This document shows positions 10,265-20,570 of a stretch of DNA of 64,000 nucleotides, piece after piece. Below the pieces are notes generated by a model. That model did no database searches and had not been told where the DNA came from. It was given only the letters and a program-made list of their open reading frames with translations. Origin of the DNA: Nitrospiraceae bacterium (GTDB taxonomy: Bacteria; Nitrospirota; Nitrospiria; Nitrospirales; Nitrospiraceae); the NCBI GenBank assembly GCA_050246315.1, contig JBFWWG010000011.1, positions 64,001 through 128,000 of the forward strand. The letters run 5' to 3'. Position numbers and translations under genes: made by a program. Position 1 is the stretch's first letter, and each line of letters opens with the position of its first letter.

Positions 10265-11029
10265 TCAGGCGCGCGAGGAGGAGGCCGGTGAAGGGCGCAA
10301 TCGATACCGCAGGACACGCCGATGCATCCAGCGTACGGCAAACAGATCGTAGAGGCCTCGAAACAGGCGATTGCCGACTCCATATTTGGAGAGGCCGTGC
10401 GCGCGCGGGTGGTGCCGTACCGGGACTTCGGTCACGGTAAATCCGTACATGAGGGCCAGGGCCGGGAAAAATCGATGCATGCCTTCGAACAACTGAAGCC
10501 GTTCGATCACGGCGCGCCGAAAGATTTTCAAGGAGCAACCCGTGTCGTGGATTCGGTCGCCGGTCACCGCGCTCCGCACGGCGTTGGCAATGCGGGAGGA
10601 AATCATGCGCACGATGTTGTCGTGGCGATTCGTCCGCCAGCCGCAAACGAGATCATATTGTAGGCTGTGCGGCAGGAGCGTGGTGATATCCTCCGGGTCG
10701 TTTTGCAGATCTCCATCCATGGTGATCACGAGCGCGCCGGAAGCGCGCTTGAACCCGGCGTCGAAAGCCGAGGTCTGTCCGTAATTGCGATCGAAATGGA
10801 GCACCGCGACCGACTCATACTGTTCTGCTAATCGGTCGAGTAGAGGGGCGGTTCCGTCGGTGCTGCCGTCGTCCACGAACAGGATTTCATACGGCGCCGT
10901 CCGAGAGGCCTCATGGGTCTGAAGCACCTTCAGCAAGTGCTCCGTGAGGGGGACCACATTGTCCCGCTCGTCCTTGACGGGAATGACCACGGAGGCCCAC
11001 GGACGCGACGATTCACTGATGGCGGACAA
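10265..11029 (-). CDS. GT2 polyprenol-phosphate glycosyltransferase (ArnC/DPM1-like)
   Basis: VDDGSTDGT, RNYGQT, MDGDLQNDP, DTGCSLK, MHRF, SKYG; TTG start uncertain. Confidence 0.9.
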   Translation of the reverse strand: MSAISESSRPWASVVIPVKDERDNVVPLTEHLLKVLQTHEASRTAPYEILFVDDGSTDGTAPLLDRLAEQYESVAVLHFDRNYGQTSAFDAGFKRASGALVITMDGDLQNDPEDITTLLPHSLQYDLVCGWRTNRHDNIVRMISSRIANAVRSAVTGDRIHDTGCSLKIFRRAVIERLQLFEGMHRFFPALALMYGFTVTEVPVRHHPRAHGLSKYGVGNRLFRGLYDLFAVRWMHRRVLRYRLRPSPASSSRA

Positions 11030-11158
11030 GGAGCATTCCCGGGTAGGCGGTGAGCCGACGATATCGATGCATTCTATCGAATGACTCCAGGAGGGTCAAA
11101 CCATGCGGGTGGTGGAGCGCTCCTGCCGGCCCATGATGCGCAGGGCGTGAACGGGCGG

Positions 11159-11767
11159 CTATGGTGCGTGGGAGGCGGCCGTCGTGCTGATCGTGAATCG
11201 CACGGTCCCGAACATGGTGACGTCATTGATGGCTTCACCGGCATAGATCTCGACTTTATAACGGCCGGGTTTCCAACCACCGACAGGAGGAAGGAGTTGC
11301 AGGTATCCGCTCTCGTCTTCAGAGACGATCTGCATGACGTCCCGGGTTACCACGGTCTTGGAGTCGAGCCCCTCCACCGACTCCGGGAAGCAGAGGCCAA
11401 AGACCTTGAAGAACTGATAGTGCTGGTGCAACTGAAAGACGACATACACGGCGGGGGCATCGGGAGGAAACGTCTCGCGTACATTGATCGGCACGATCTC
11501 ATGGGTTCGTCGAAACCCGGGTTCCTCCTCGTATCCCTGGGCGGTCTGGATCGAGCGAAACATGCCCTCGGGAGGTGCATCGAAATTGTACGTCCGCGTA
11601 TCTTCCGGGCGGTTCTGAAATTCCGGGATCGGGACATTCGGGGTCAGTTGCAGATCTTCCGTATGACCGTCCGTGGCGGCGCACAGGAAGGCCGAGACGG
11701 ACAGGCCGATCCCCAGCAGCCAGGTTGCCGTTCGGCGGGATGTTCTGCGATGAGGGCTCCGCACCAT
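11159..11767 (-). CDS. Hypothetical exported protein (Ig-like C-terminus)
   Basis: Signal-like N-terminus, GGWKPGRYKVEIY beta-strand motif. Confidence 0.6.
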   Translation of the reverse strand: MVRSPHRRTSRRTATWLLGIGLSVSAFLCAATDGHTEDLQLTPNVPIPEFQNRPEDTRTYNFDAPPEGMFRSIQTAQGYEEEPGFRRTHEIVPINVRETFPPDAPAVYVVFQLHQHYQFFKVFGLCFPESVEGLDSKTVVTRDVMQIVSEDESGYLQLLPPVGGWKPGRYKVEIYAGEAINDVTMFGTVRFTISTTAASHAP

Positions 11768-11982
11768 GCCTCTTGGTACACTGGCCCCGGACCGGTGTCA
11801 AGAAAGCCTGTCGAGCAGATCGTCGAAGCATCTCGATTCCGATAAGCCGGTGGGAGCGGGGAGGCGAGAGCCATCGACAAGGTGGGTGGACGGCAGGCAG
11901 AAGGGGACGTTGCTGGCCCAAAAATCCATTTGTTACAATGCCTCCCGTCTTGGGGACCTCTCAGGAAGAAAGGCACAAAACT

Positions 11983-13398
11983 ATGCTGCAAGATACCGAA
12001 GTTGTCCCACAACCGCTCGGCGAATATCAGCCGGTTGACCAGTGGCAAGCCCATGTCAACGATCTGTTCCATCAATTGCGGGGCGAGCGTGCGACCGAGT
12101 ATTTTCAGACCTTTACCTCGTCCGATTATCGCCTCGCGCACGCCTTGGCGGCGGACTATGTGGAGCGCGTCAGGTCGCGGGATCGAAAATGGACGGACGA
12201 GCGGCGATCGGCGCCGCTGGTCGTGCACGAATGGGGCGCCAGCCACGGCAATCTCGCCGCCTGCTTCCTGTCTCACGTCAAGTCGCTGGACCAATCGGGC
12301 ACGATCTATCCGCGTATTCGGTACGTCTTGGTGGATCTGCGGCCCCAGGCGCTGGCACGCGCGCTGGCGCACCCGGATCTCGCCGGCCACCTCGACCGAG
12401 TCGAGACTATCTGCGGGAACGTCGAGGACCTGTCCGCGGTCGAGGCAGGGACGGTCGATCGCATCTTTTGTAACGAACTCTGGAACGAACTGCCCACCAA
12501 GCTCATGACCAAGAAGGAGGGCGAGGTCGAAGAGGAACATGTGCGGCCGAATCTCAGTGAGGCGAAGCATCTCGCCATCACCGATTGGTCCGGGTTCATC
12601 CGTGCGTTTACGAAGAAAGATGCGGCGGCGCTGTCCGAGTTCCCGCCCTTCTTCGAAGATGTCATTTGGGAGCGCGAGTATCGCAAAGTCGAATGGAAGG
12701 AGGTGCCCTACCGGAAAACGATCATGGAGTTCCTGAAGCAGATCGACGAGCAGGTGCTCGTGCCGGTTAATTTAGGCGCCGTGGCCACGGTGAAAGAAGC
12801 GAAGCGCTTGTTGAGGCCCGACGGCCTTGGATTCAGCAGTTTCGATGCCGGAACCGCTGATCTGGCCGTGCTCAATAACCCGGAGAAACCGTGCTCAGGG
12901 CAATTCGGCGGCCTTTACAGCGTCATGGTCAACCTGGCGCTGGTCGGAGCGATCGCCAATCATCTGGGTATCCGAGAGGTGCTGGTCGAGCCGCAGCGCG
13001 AGTTTGTCGGCAGGAGCCTCGGCGTGAACGTGATCACGCTCACGGATCTCTTGGCGACGCACCGCAAGGCCAAGGATCTGGTGAAGTGGGAACAGGACCG
13101 GTTGATCGTGCAGACCATCCGCGCATTGAACGAGTCCTACCACAGTCCCTATCGACGGACGATGCACTTTCCGCTGTCGCCCGATTTTCCGCAAGAGGAA
13201 CGGGAAGCGGTTCAGGGCGCGCTGCTGTCCCTGAAGCAGGATGGGGTGCCGGACACCGTCGCCTATCTGACGGAAGAAGAAATTCTGGCCAGCCTGCGGG
13301 ACTTGGAAGCGTTGGGATACGAGCGTGACGAAATCGATATTGTTTGGAGCATCCCACCGGCCGGCGTAGACTACGCGCATTGGTCATTTTCTTCCTAG
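11983..13398 (+). CDS. MidA/NDUFAF7-like SAM-dependent methyltransferase
   Basis: VVHEWGASHGNLA (motif I variant), YVLVD, IFCNELWNELP; start ATG 11983 inferred. Confidence 0.65.
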   Translation: MLQDTEVVPQPLGEYQPVDQWQAHVNDLFHQLRGERATEYFQTFTSSDYRLAHALAADYVERVRSRDRKWTDERRSAPLVVHEWGASHGNLAACFLSHVKSLDQSGTIYPRIRYVLVDLRPQALARALAHPDLAGHLDRVETICGNVEDLSAVEAGTVDRIFCNELWNELPTKLMTKKEGEVEEEHVRPNLSEAKHLAITDWSGFIRAFTKKDAAALSEFPPFFEDVIWEREYRKVEWKEVPYRKTIMEFLKQIDEQVLVPVNLGAVATVKEAKRLLRPDGLGFSSFDAGTADLAVLNNPEKPCSGQFGGLYSVMVNLALVGAIANHLGIREVLVEPQREFVGRSLGVNVITLTDLLATHRKAKDLVKWEQDRLIVQTIRALNESYHSPYRRTMHFPLSPDFPQEEREAVQGALLSLKQDGVPDTVAYLTEEEILASLRDLEALGYERDEIDIVWSIPPAGVDYAHWSFSS

Positions 13399-13502
13399 TC
13401 CACATTTCTTATGACGGTTCACCCGTTGCCTATTCAGAGCAACGGGTGAACCGCGGCGTATCAGCGGGTGCAGTCGAAGCGTTCATGAATCAGGTGGGCT
13501 CG
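13395..13502. repeat. MITE/REP-like element, copy A, with internal 15-bp hairpin (13415-13453)
   Basis: Imperfect terminal inverted repeats CTAGTCCAC..GTGGGCTCG; 36-bp segment 31/36 identical to 20631-20666. Confidence 0.6.
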
Positions 13503-13751
13503 CACTGTTCCCTTCCGGTTCGCCGGCGCCTTCCCGATAAAGCCAACCGTTGCCACCGGAGCCGCCCCCCTTGACTATTTGCGTGAGTTTCTTTAGCCTT
13601 CCCGCGCCAAGGGGAGATGTCCCTCGAACGAGGGGATGCTCGGTCGAGAAGTCGGCCAAACCCCGTCATTTTGGCATCAGGCACACGGCCGATGACCTGA
13701 AACGTCGGGAATCCGAAACAAGACATCTAACAGAGATACGAGAGCCACGCG

Positions 13752-14018
13752 ATGTTCGGTTCATTCGGATGGATGGAATTGCTCCTGATTTTGGTCATCG
13801 TGCTGATCATTTTCGGGGCTGGGAAATTGCCGCAGCTAGGCGAGGGACTCGGGAAGGCCATTAAGGGATTTAAGAAGACGGTCCACGAGCCGGATGCCAT
13901 CGATGTCACACCGGCCGGCGAACCGCCTCCCCCGGCGGCTTCTCCGCAAGTCACCCAGCAGACTCAAGCCGGGGCGCCCGCTGAGTCCGCCACGCAGCAT
14001 ACGGTCAAGCAAGGGTAG
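13752..14018 (+). CDS. tatA: Twin-arginine translocase subunit TatA
   Basis: [35 protein letters not shown]. Confidence 0.9.
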   Translation: MFGSFGWMELLLILVIVLIIFGAGKLPQLGEGLGKAIKGFKKTVHEPDAIDVTPAGEPPPPAASPQVTQQTQAGAPAESATQHTVKQG

Positions 14019-14073
14019 GATCCGGATACGCAGACCTCGGGGCGTCGGATAAAAAGGAACAAGGTCTTCCGAC

Positions 14074-14364
14074 ATGTTTGGCCTGGGGGCTGGAGAAATT
14101 CTCATTATTCTGGTGATTGCGTTCCTGCTGTTCGGCCCGAAGGAGCTGCCTGAAATCGGCCGGCAGGTTGGGAAGGCGGTCAAAGGATTCAAGGAGACTG
14201 CGGATGATCTCCGCAAAACGGTCGAGCCGGAAATCAATCTGATTCAGTCAGAAGTGAAGCTCGCCCAGCAAGACATCGAGATGTCGATCAAGGAAGCCGA
14301 GCAAGAAATCACCAACGCCACACAGGAACAAGAGCAGAAGACCGAGCCGTCGAAGCACGCTTAA
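14074..14364 (+). CDS. Twin-arginine translocase TatA/TatB family subunit
   Basis: MFGLGAGEILIILVIAFLLFGPKELPEIGRQVGK. Confidence 0.85.
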   Translation: MFGLGAGEILIILVIAFLLFGPKELPEIGRQVGKAVKGFKETADDLRKTVEPEINLIQSEVKLAQQDIEMSIKEAEQEITNATQEQEQKTEPSKHA

Positions 14365-14710
14365 GGGCGTCAAATTCGATGGAAGAAGCAGATCCACACC
14401 ATTCACCAAGACTCACGATGACCAACGAAGGGGGGTGACGTTGGTTCGTTCGTCGCTGTCACGGTGTATCCTTCCCGTGACCCTGTTCTGCAGCACGAGG
14501 CTGAGGCAAGGTCACACAGAGCCTCCGTCCGTACCTTTTCTCAGTTCAGCATGCGCATCGCGTCTCGAAGGAGACGGGAAATCCCGAGAGTGACGAGGTC
14601 GTATCAGGCACCAGTGGTGTCTGAGGCATCGGCGAAGAGGATCGGCACCCGCCGTTGTCGAGCGCAGAGGTCCTATTTCATCTATCATTATCATCTACAG
14701 GAGGAGCGCT

Positions 14711-16369
14711 ATGAGTAAACGTGGCTTGCTCTGGCTGGCGGTAGGGGCACTACTGCTGGGGGGTCCGGTGAACCTCGTCTTCGCTGATCCACCGGTCGCC
14801 GACAAGGTGATCGACAAACCGACCAACGTCAAGGCGGTGCCGCGGGGGATGCCCGACTTGATACCCTACTGGAACTTCGATCCTCCCAAGAGCCCCCTCT
14901 TCGATCTTAAGAACTTTACAGTCAACGGTGACATGAGGGTCCGTCCCGAATTGCGGACCAATGCCAATTTCGGCGTCTTGCAGGGCGCCACGCCGGGCAG
15001 ATTTAGCGGAGCCAACGATTGGTACGTGCAACAGTGGATGCGAATGGGATTGAACTATGCGCTTTCACCCGACGTGGACTTCTTTGCGCAACCCCAGTGG
15101 GCCAAGAATTGGGGTGCAGCGAATAACACCAACGGCTCCGGAGCCGGTTGTCAAGCCGGCGGCAGCATCTGCGCGAACGATCCGTTCAATAACGGGCAGG
15201 CGGACAGTTTGTTCCTCCGCCAGGCCTTCATCATGATCCGCAACGTAGGCATCCAGGGACTCAGCCTCAAAGCCGGTCGTCAATTGGTGGTCATGGGCGA
15301 TCACCGGTTGTTCGGCCACTTCGATTGGGCGAACACGGGCTATTCGCACGACGGTGTGACGTTTCAGTACCAGCAGCCGACCTGGGAGTTCTGGGGCGGC
15401 TGGTTGATCCCGATGGATCAGGATTTCAACGGATTTGGCGCCCAGAGCACCTCCTTTGGTGTGATGCCTCAAGGCTGTCAACCGCCTGGGTCGACGGGAG
15501 GCTTTAGCTGTTCTGCGAAGGCCGGTGCGCAATCCGATTTGTTCTTCGCAAGGTTGGCATTCAAGCCCTTGCCGGGCCTCGCCATCGAACCCTTGTGGGT
15601 CTGGCAACGCAATGGGGCAACGCAGCAAGGGTCAGTGACAAATCCGGTGGCCGCTCCGAATGGTGTTCTTGCAGCCCACGCGAACGGCCAAAGCCGTCAG
15701 ACGGTCGGGGCTCGGGTGGCGTTTCGCAAGAGTATCGTCGACGTGTCGGGCGAAGGCTACTGGCAATTCGGCCAGATGGATATCGGGCAATCCGGCCAAC
15801 GAGCCAGTATCAATGCCTATGCCTTTGCGGCGGAAGGCGGTGTGACCTTGCCGATTCCCTGGGCCCCACGGGTCGGCCTCGAGTTCAACATGGCCTCCGG
15901 CGACGGCGACGCATTGAATTGTACGGCTTCTAACCCGGCCGGTTGTAACGGCACCGCCAACACGTTCGAGAACCTCTACCCGACAAACCACATCGTGATG
16001 GGATATGCGGACGTGATGGCCTGGAGGAACATGGTGGCCTACAGCGCCAGTCTACAGTTCATTCCGTTCAATAATACAGCCAACCATTTCGAGTTCCGCT
16101 ACTGGAACTTCCGGAGGCAGACGAGCGGAGACTGTTGGTACCGTGCCGCGCAGAATTGCTACTTTGCGCCGGCCAATTCCAACACCGCCAACCACCTGAC
16201 GGATGAAATCGACTTCATCTACACGCTCTTCTTCAAGAACAACAAGGTGGCCTGGCAGATGGGCGCCAGCTACCTGTTTGCGGGCTCCTTCCTCGACAAT
16301 CAGGCCGGCCCTGGCAATACAGCGGTCAATCAAACCTGGGCCTATACCCAACTGCATATCAACTTCTAA
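14711..16369 (+). CDS. Alginate export (AlgE-like) family outer-membrane porin
   Basis: Signal peptide, GDMRVRPE, LKAGRQ...GDHRLFG...W, ASGD, TFENLYPTNH, C-terminal Phe. Confidence 0.8.
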   Translation: MSKRGLLWLAVGALLLGGPVNLVFADPPVADKVIDKPTNVKAVPRGMPDLIPYWNFDPPKSPLFDLKNFTVNGDMRVRPELRTNANFGVLQGATPGRFSGANDWYVQQWMRMGLNYALSPDVDFFAQPQWAKNWGAANNTNGSGAGCQAGGSICANDPFNNGQADSLFLRQAFIMIRNVGIQGLSLKAGRQLVVMGDHRLFGHFDWANTGYSHDGVTFQYQQPTWEFWGGWLIPMDQDFNGFGAQSTSFGVMPQGCQPPGSTGGFSCSAKAGAQSDLFFARLAFKPLPGLAIEPLWVWQRNGATQQGSVTNPVAAPNGVLAAHANGQSRQTVGARVAFRKSIVDVSGEGYWQFGQMDIGQSGQRASINAYAFAAEGGVTLPIPWAPRVGLEFNMASGDGDALNCTASNPAGCNGTANTFENLYPTNHIVMGYADVMAWRNMVAYSASLQFIPFNNTANHFEFRYWNFRRQTSGDCWYRAAQNCYFAPANSNTANHLTDEIDFIYTLFFKNNKVAWQMGASYLFAGSFLDNQAGPGNTAVNQTWAYTQLHINF

Positions 16370-16386
16370 GGCAAGTCCGTCTGCTG

Positions 16387-16418
16387 GTCCCGCCGGGGAG
16401 CTGTCTCCCCGGCGGGAC
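16387..16418. terminator. 14-bp GC hairpin between convergent genes
   Basis: GTCCCGCCGGGGAG-CTGT-CTCCCCGGCGGGAC; no clear U-tract. Confidence 0.55.
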
Positions 16419-16597
16419 TCGTCCGTCCGCGATAGCCGATCAGCGGGAGCCTCAAAGGTCATTCGTCAATCGAACATGCAGGTTCCACATCAGGTCCTAT
16501 CGATCTCGACGATCGATGCCCGACGGATGATGCTTGTCGCATGACGGCCAAGCCGAGCGGCCGGAGTGAGGCTGCTGGACGTCCTCCACCCGCTTTA

Positions 16598-18478
16598 TCA
16601 GCGCGAGAGGATGATGCTGAGTTCCGGCGTGGAGGCCGAGACCAAGGGGACTGTGACGGCTCTGCCCTTCAGCGAGCGGAGGAGTTCGCCGACGGTGATC
16701 CGGCCGTCCTGATCGAGATCCGACCGGCCATCGAGGCCTGTCAGGAAATGTCCCGCCGGTGACGATTGCTGGGACTCTCGCCGCGAGAATTGAATGATCA
16801 GCCCCTTGCCGTTCGATGCACCGTTCAGGGCGCCCTGCCAGTTGGGTGAAGCCGAGGCGGCCGGTCTCTTGGGTTTGGATGGAGGGGTTGGAGTCGACGC
16901 GGGGGCGATGGGTGAATTGACACGGGACATCGGACCGTCGATAAACACCAGCGACAGTTTCGTGTCGAGTTGGTTCAGATGACTGTGAAGCCGGCGAAGC
17001 GGCAGAAACCGGTAGGATGGCGCATCGGGTGCCGCATCATAGGGAACGAGAGAGATCTCTCCCGATTGTCCATCCACGATCGTGTGACCGGCGAAATACA
17101 CGAAGAGGATCGCCTCTCGCCCCAGCCGTTCCGGAAGCCAGCGGGTGAGAGCCTCCTCGATATCAAGCCGGTTAGCCAGCTCATCTTCCAGCAGCATGAG
17201 ATGGTCTTTGGAGACACCGAGCTTCTGCTGCAGCGAGGCGGCGAGCATAAGGGGATCGACGGCAGTGTTGGCATCCGCCCCCGGCCAGGGATCTCGATAG
17301 TGTCGCACCGTGACGACGAGGGCGAAGCGGTTGTTGTCGGCGGGTGCGACCGTCGGCCGATCAATCCCAGGACTCTGCGCGCTACCGGTCCCTCCGGGTT
17401 TCATCGCCGCCACGAGCGTCTGTCCGACCGGCGCAGACGTGGCGGCGGCGCCCCGCTGATCGATCCACGAGGGTGTGACCGACAGGGTCAACTCACCGCG
17501 GTCGGTTGCGAGGGTGGAGGGCAGTCTCCCCCAGAGTACCGTACCCTTGGTGGCGCCGGGATTGATCGGGCCGAGCTCTGGCGATCCGGCCGTGGACTGG
17601 GCGAAGGCGTCGATGAGCGCCGGCGTTCCGCTCAATGACAACGGTGCGTGAGCGATCACGCCGCTTCCCGTATTGGTGACATCCACCCTGAGTCCAACCT
17701 TCTCTCCCGGCTCCAAGATCTGATTGTTGTTGTCGTCCAGCAGGGTGACCCGAAGGATCGCCGGTGCAGGGCCGAGTGGTTGAGGTGCAATTGGCGCTCC
17801 TAAGGGAGCCGCGCGTCCGCCGGCCACAGCCGTGGAGGAGGGGCCTCCCGCCGGCAACTGCGCGACAACTGCAAAGAGTTGGTCCGTCAATGCACGGGAG
17901 GCTTTGGTGAGCGTTCCATCCAGCTCGCCGGTCATACAGCGCCCTCCGGCTTGTCCAACGCGAGGCGTGAAAATGCTGACATTATCCATGAATCGGAGTG
18001 GACCTTCTCCCATGGTTCGTACGGTCCCGTCCGGTTGAACAGCTTGGTAGGTCGCTGCCAATTCCAAGTCGATGCGCGCCATGAACTGATCCGTCGAACC
18101 GGTCTTATCTTTACCGACGAACTCCTTGTTTACCAGCCGCAGCAGGACCTGATAGTCGGCAGGGAGTTGTGGCGATGCGGCGGCCTCGGAGGCGGGGACG
18201 ACGCGTATGTCCCTGAACCTTGTTCGCCCTGCGTCTTGAATGCTATTCGTCAGCACCTCTCCAATCGCAGCCTCCCACTGCTGGTTACCGCAGATCGGCA
18301 TGCTGAAGACCGCATTCTCCAACTGTTGATCCAGGACGACTCGCACGGACATCGGGGCGACCGGTCCGCTCACCGGATCATGGCTGAACCGCGGCACGTT
18401 GAATTTGTCGCAGCCGGCCGCCATCAATCCAGCCGCCAATGCCGCTGTGAGGGTCAGAATCGGTTTGATCGAACGCAT
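16598..18478 (-). CDS. Lipoprotein with C-terminal degenerate caspase (C14-like) domain
   Basis: Lipobox MAAG-C; RFALVV, VYFAGH, LVPYD, FIDGPMS (Cys absent), DLDQDGRITVGEL; start ATG 18478 inferred. Confidence 0.7.
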   Translation of the reverse strand: MRSIKPILTLTAALAAGLMAAGCDKFNVPRFSHDPVSGPVAPMSVRVVLDQQLENAVFSMPICGNQQWEAAIGEVLTNSIQDAGRTRFRDIRVVPASEAAASPQLPADYQVLLRLVNKEFVGKDKTGSTDQFMARIDLELAATYQAVQPDGTVRTMGEGPLRFMDNVSIFTPRVGQAGGRCMTGELDGTLTKASRALTDQLFAVVAQLPAGGPSSTAVAGGRAAPLGAPIAPQPLGPAPAILRVTLLDDNNNQILEPGEKVGLRVDVTNTGSGVIAHAPLSLSGTPALIDAFAQSTAGSPELGPINPGATKGTVLWGRLPSTLATDRGELTLSVTPSWIDQRGAAATSAPVGQTLVAAMKPGGTGSAQSPGIDRPTVAPADNNRFALVVTVRHYRDPWPGADANTAVDPLMLAASLQQKLGVSKDHLMLLEDELANRLDIEEALTRWLPERLGREAILFVYFAGHTIVDGQSGEISLVPYDAAPDAPSYRFLPLRRLHSHLNQLDTKLSLVFIDGPMSRVNSPIAPASTPTPPSKPKRPAASASPNWQGALNGASNGKGLIIQFSRRESQQSSPAGHFLTGLDGRSDLDQDGRITVGELLRSLKGRAVTVPLVSASTPELSIILSR

Positions 18479-18630
18479 GGTCGAGGTACGGTACAAGATC
18501 GAGGGGCCCGGTGCAACAGGGTGTGACCGAGAACACCAAGCCTCCGCTTGACTCTGCGACGAAAGAGCGAGGATCATAGCGCCCGGCAGGTGCGGGTTCG
18601 GTGCCCCGAACTCCCAAAGGAGGTGTCGCA

Positions 18631-19389
18631 ATGCGCAGCATGCAAGGGGCCGCGCTCATCACGGTCTTCCTGATCGTCGCCTGTACCACCAAACCGGTCT
18701 CTCGGCTGGATGCCTATGTAGGGCCGGGACCGCAAGGGACGGAAGCCCTTTCCGAAGAATTGACGAAACGCTCGGGCGCTCCGTTTGAGGCCGTGTTGCT
18801 GGTGGTCAATGACACCTCTGATCAGGATTCGGCACCGGCCTTGACTGAACAGGGGATGGCGTTCTTGACGGACCAGGTAACGCAACGAGTGGAAGACGGC
18901 CTGCCCATTCAAATCGTCAAACGATTGGCCCCTTCTCGCATTGCCAATGGGCAGACGCCCCCCGAGGTGGCGCGTATCGGACGGGAACAGAGGCTTCCCT
19001 ACATGCTCTTGGCGGTCTTTGCCAATGTCGAATCCGAAGTGCCGGTGAGTCTTCCACTCACTGGCGATCTGGAGCAGGGCGGAGGCCGTCCTGCAGTCCA
19101 AGGCTTCGAAATGCGGACGAATGCGCTGGCTGAGCTGGCCCTGATTGAATCTGAGACGGGGCTGGTGTTGGCCCGCTCAGATGGCCGAGCCTGGACCAGA
19201 TTGAATCGGCTCTATGTGCCGGTCCAGTCAAATGCCTACCCGGTTATCCATCGGTCGCTGCGCCCGGCCCCGATCTTTCCCAAGGAAGAGAACGCCAAGG
19301 ATATCACCCGAAGCCTTGCCGGCGATGAGGCGTTGGAGCAGGCCGTCATGCATCTGCAGGAGATCTGGCCCAGACAGGCTCGATCTTGA
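18631..19389 (+). CDS. Hypothetical lipoprotein
   Basis: AGGAGG RBS; lipobox LIVA-C. Confidence 0.65.
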   Translation: MRSMQGAALITVFLIVACTTKPVSRLDAYVGPGPQGTEALSEELTKRSGAPFEAVLLVVNDTSDQDSAPALTEQGMAFLTDQVTQRVEDGLPIQIVKRLAPSRIANGQTPPEVARIGREQRLPYMLLAVFANVESEVPVSLPLTGDLEQGGGRPAVQGFEMRTNALAELALIESETGLVLARSDGRAWTRLNRLYVPVQSNAYPVIHRSLRPAPIFPKEENAKDITRSLAGDEALEQAVMHLQEIWPRQARS

Positions 19390-19495
19390 AACGAGAAAAC
19401 GGTCAGGCCTCCGGTTCGCCGCGCTCGACCGTCCGAGGTGGATTGGACTATTGCCTGTGGTTCGATTTGTATGATATCAGGTCACGGAGGTGTTC

Positions 19496-19750
19496 ATGGT
19501 CAAGGCACATGTACTGTGGCTGCTTGCCGCGAGCGTTCTACTGTCTGCCTGCGAATCGACGAGGTGGGTCCATCCGACCAAGAAGGAAGAACAATTGACC
19601 TACGACTGGAACGCCTGCGAGCGAGAGCTGCAGAATATGGCGGCCACCAACCCGGGCGTGGCCTCCATGCACACCAACCAAACGATTCAGAAGCAGCGAA
19701 TCGGCGCCTGTCTGCAGAAAAAGGGCTGGAGGGAAGTCGAGATCAAGTAG
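19496..19750 (+). CDS. Small hypothetical lipoprotein
   Basis: GGAGG RBS; lipobox LLSA-C; D...C..E / CLQKKGW pattern. Confidence 0.65.
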   Translation: MVKAHVLWLLAASVLLSACESTRWVHPTKKEEQLTYDWNACERELQNMAATNPGVASMHTNQTIQKQRIGACLQKKGWREVEIK

Positions 19751-19805
19751 CGACCGTCAGCCGCTTCACTCCCCAGCCTCTTTCCACATTCCGGTTCTCT
19801 CGCTT

Positions 19806-20426
19806 TTAGGCCTGCAACCCACCCTTCTGCACGAGGTGCGCCTGCAACTCCGCGTAGCTCTGTGTGACCGGGAACTGTGGAAACTCCTTGGTGATTTTTT
19901 CAGGCGGGCGAAAAAACAAACCGACATGCGCTTCCCCAAGCATCGGCGTATCGTTATAGGCATCGCCGGCCGCCATCACAAAAAAATTCAAGGCCTTGAG
20001 GGCGCGCACCGATTGGCGCTTTTGATCAGGCAGGCGCAGGCGGTAATTCGTGATGCGATTTGTCGCATCGAGCTCGAGTTGATTGCAAAAGAGCGTCGGA
20101 TAGTCGAGTTGCCGCATGAGCGGGAGCGCAAACTGGTAGAACGTATCGGACAGGATGATGAACTGGCACCGTTCGCGCAGCCAGTCGAGAAAGGCCGGCG
20201 CGCCTTCCAGCGGGGCCATCGTGCCGATCACCTCTTGGATATCCGTCAGGGTGAGCCGATGAGCGTCCAGAATGCTGAGCCGGCGTTTCATCAAGGCGTC
20301 ATAGTCGGGCATCTCGCGGGTCGTGATCTTGAGCTCCTCGATGCCGGTCTTGACGGCCACATTGATCCAAATTTCCGGGACCAGGACGCCTTCCAGATCC
20401 AAACAGATCATCACGGGGTTCTGCAT
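19806..20426 (-). CDS. thrH: Phosphoserine phosphatase / homoserine phosphotransferase ThrH
   Basis: CLDLEGVLVPEIW, TTRE.PDYD.LM..R, ILSDTF, AAGDAYND. Confidence 0.93.
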   Translation of the reverse strand: MQNPVMICLDLEGVLVPEIWINVAVKTGIEELKITTREMPDYDALMKRRLSILDAHRLTLTDIQEVIGTMAPLEGAPAFLDWLRERCQFIILSDTFYQFALPLMRQLDYPTLFCNQLELDATNRITNYRLRLPDQKRQSVRALKALNFFVMAAGDAYNDTPMLGEAHVGLFFRPPEKITKEFPQFPVTQSYAELQAHLVQKGGLQA

Positions 20427-20470
20427 CAGCTTCCCTTTCGTGGCCTGTGAGAGTGGTCGCGACTCGCTTC

Positions 20471-20502
20471 ATGAGCGCCCGCGCGGTCGCGCGGGCGCTC
20501 AT
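20471..20502. repeat. Perfect 14-bp-stem hairpin upstream of thrH
   Basis: ATGAGCGCCCGCGC-GGTC-GCGCGGGCGCTCAT. Confidence 0.55.
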
Positions 20503-20570
20503 CATAAGTGAGGCTTCACGGCAGGGTCAAGAAACGGCTGGATCACCGTGACGCTCGTCCGGCGCCCCAG

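Noticed and set aside
11575..11982. Long N-terminal extensions in the ORF track (also at 1628, 3489, 39801, 43992, 51765, 52784, 54442)
   Set aside because: They overlap neighbouring genes and are not protein-like; downstream starts with RBS or stop-start coupling were preferred
14365..14710. Possible riboswitch upstream of the porin
   Set aside because: No convincing match to any riboswitch consensus I can recognise; needs an Rfam scan
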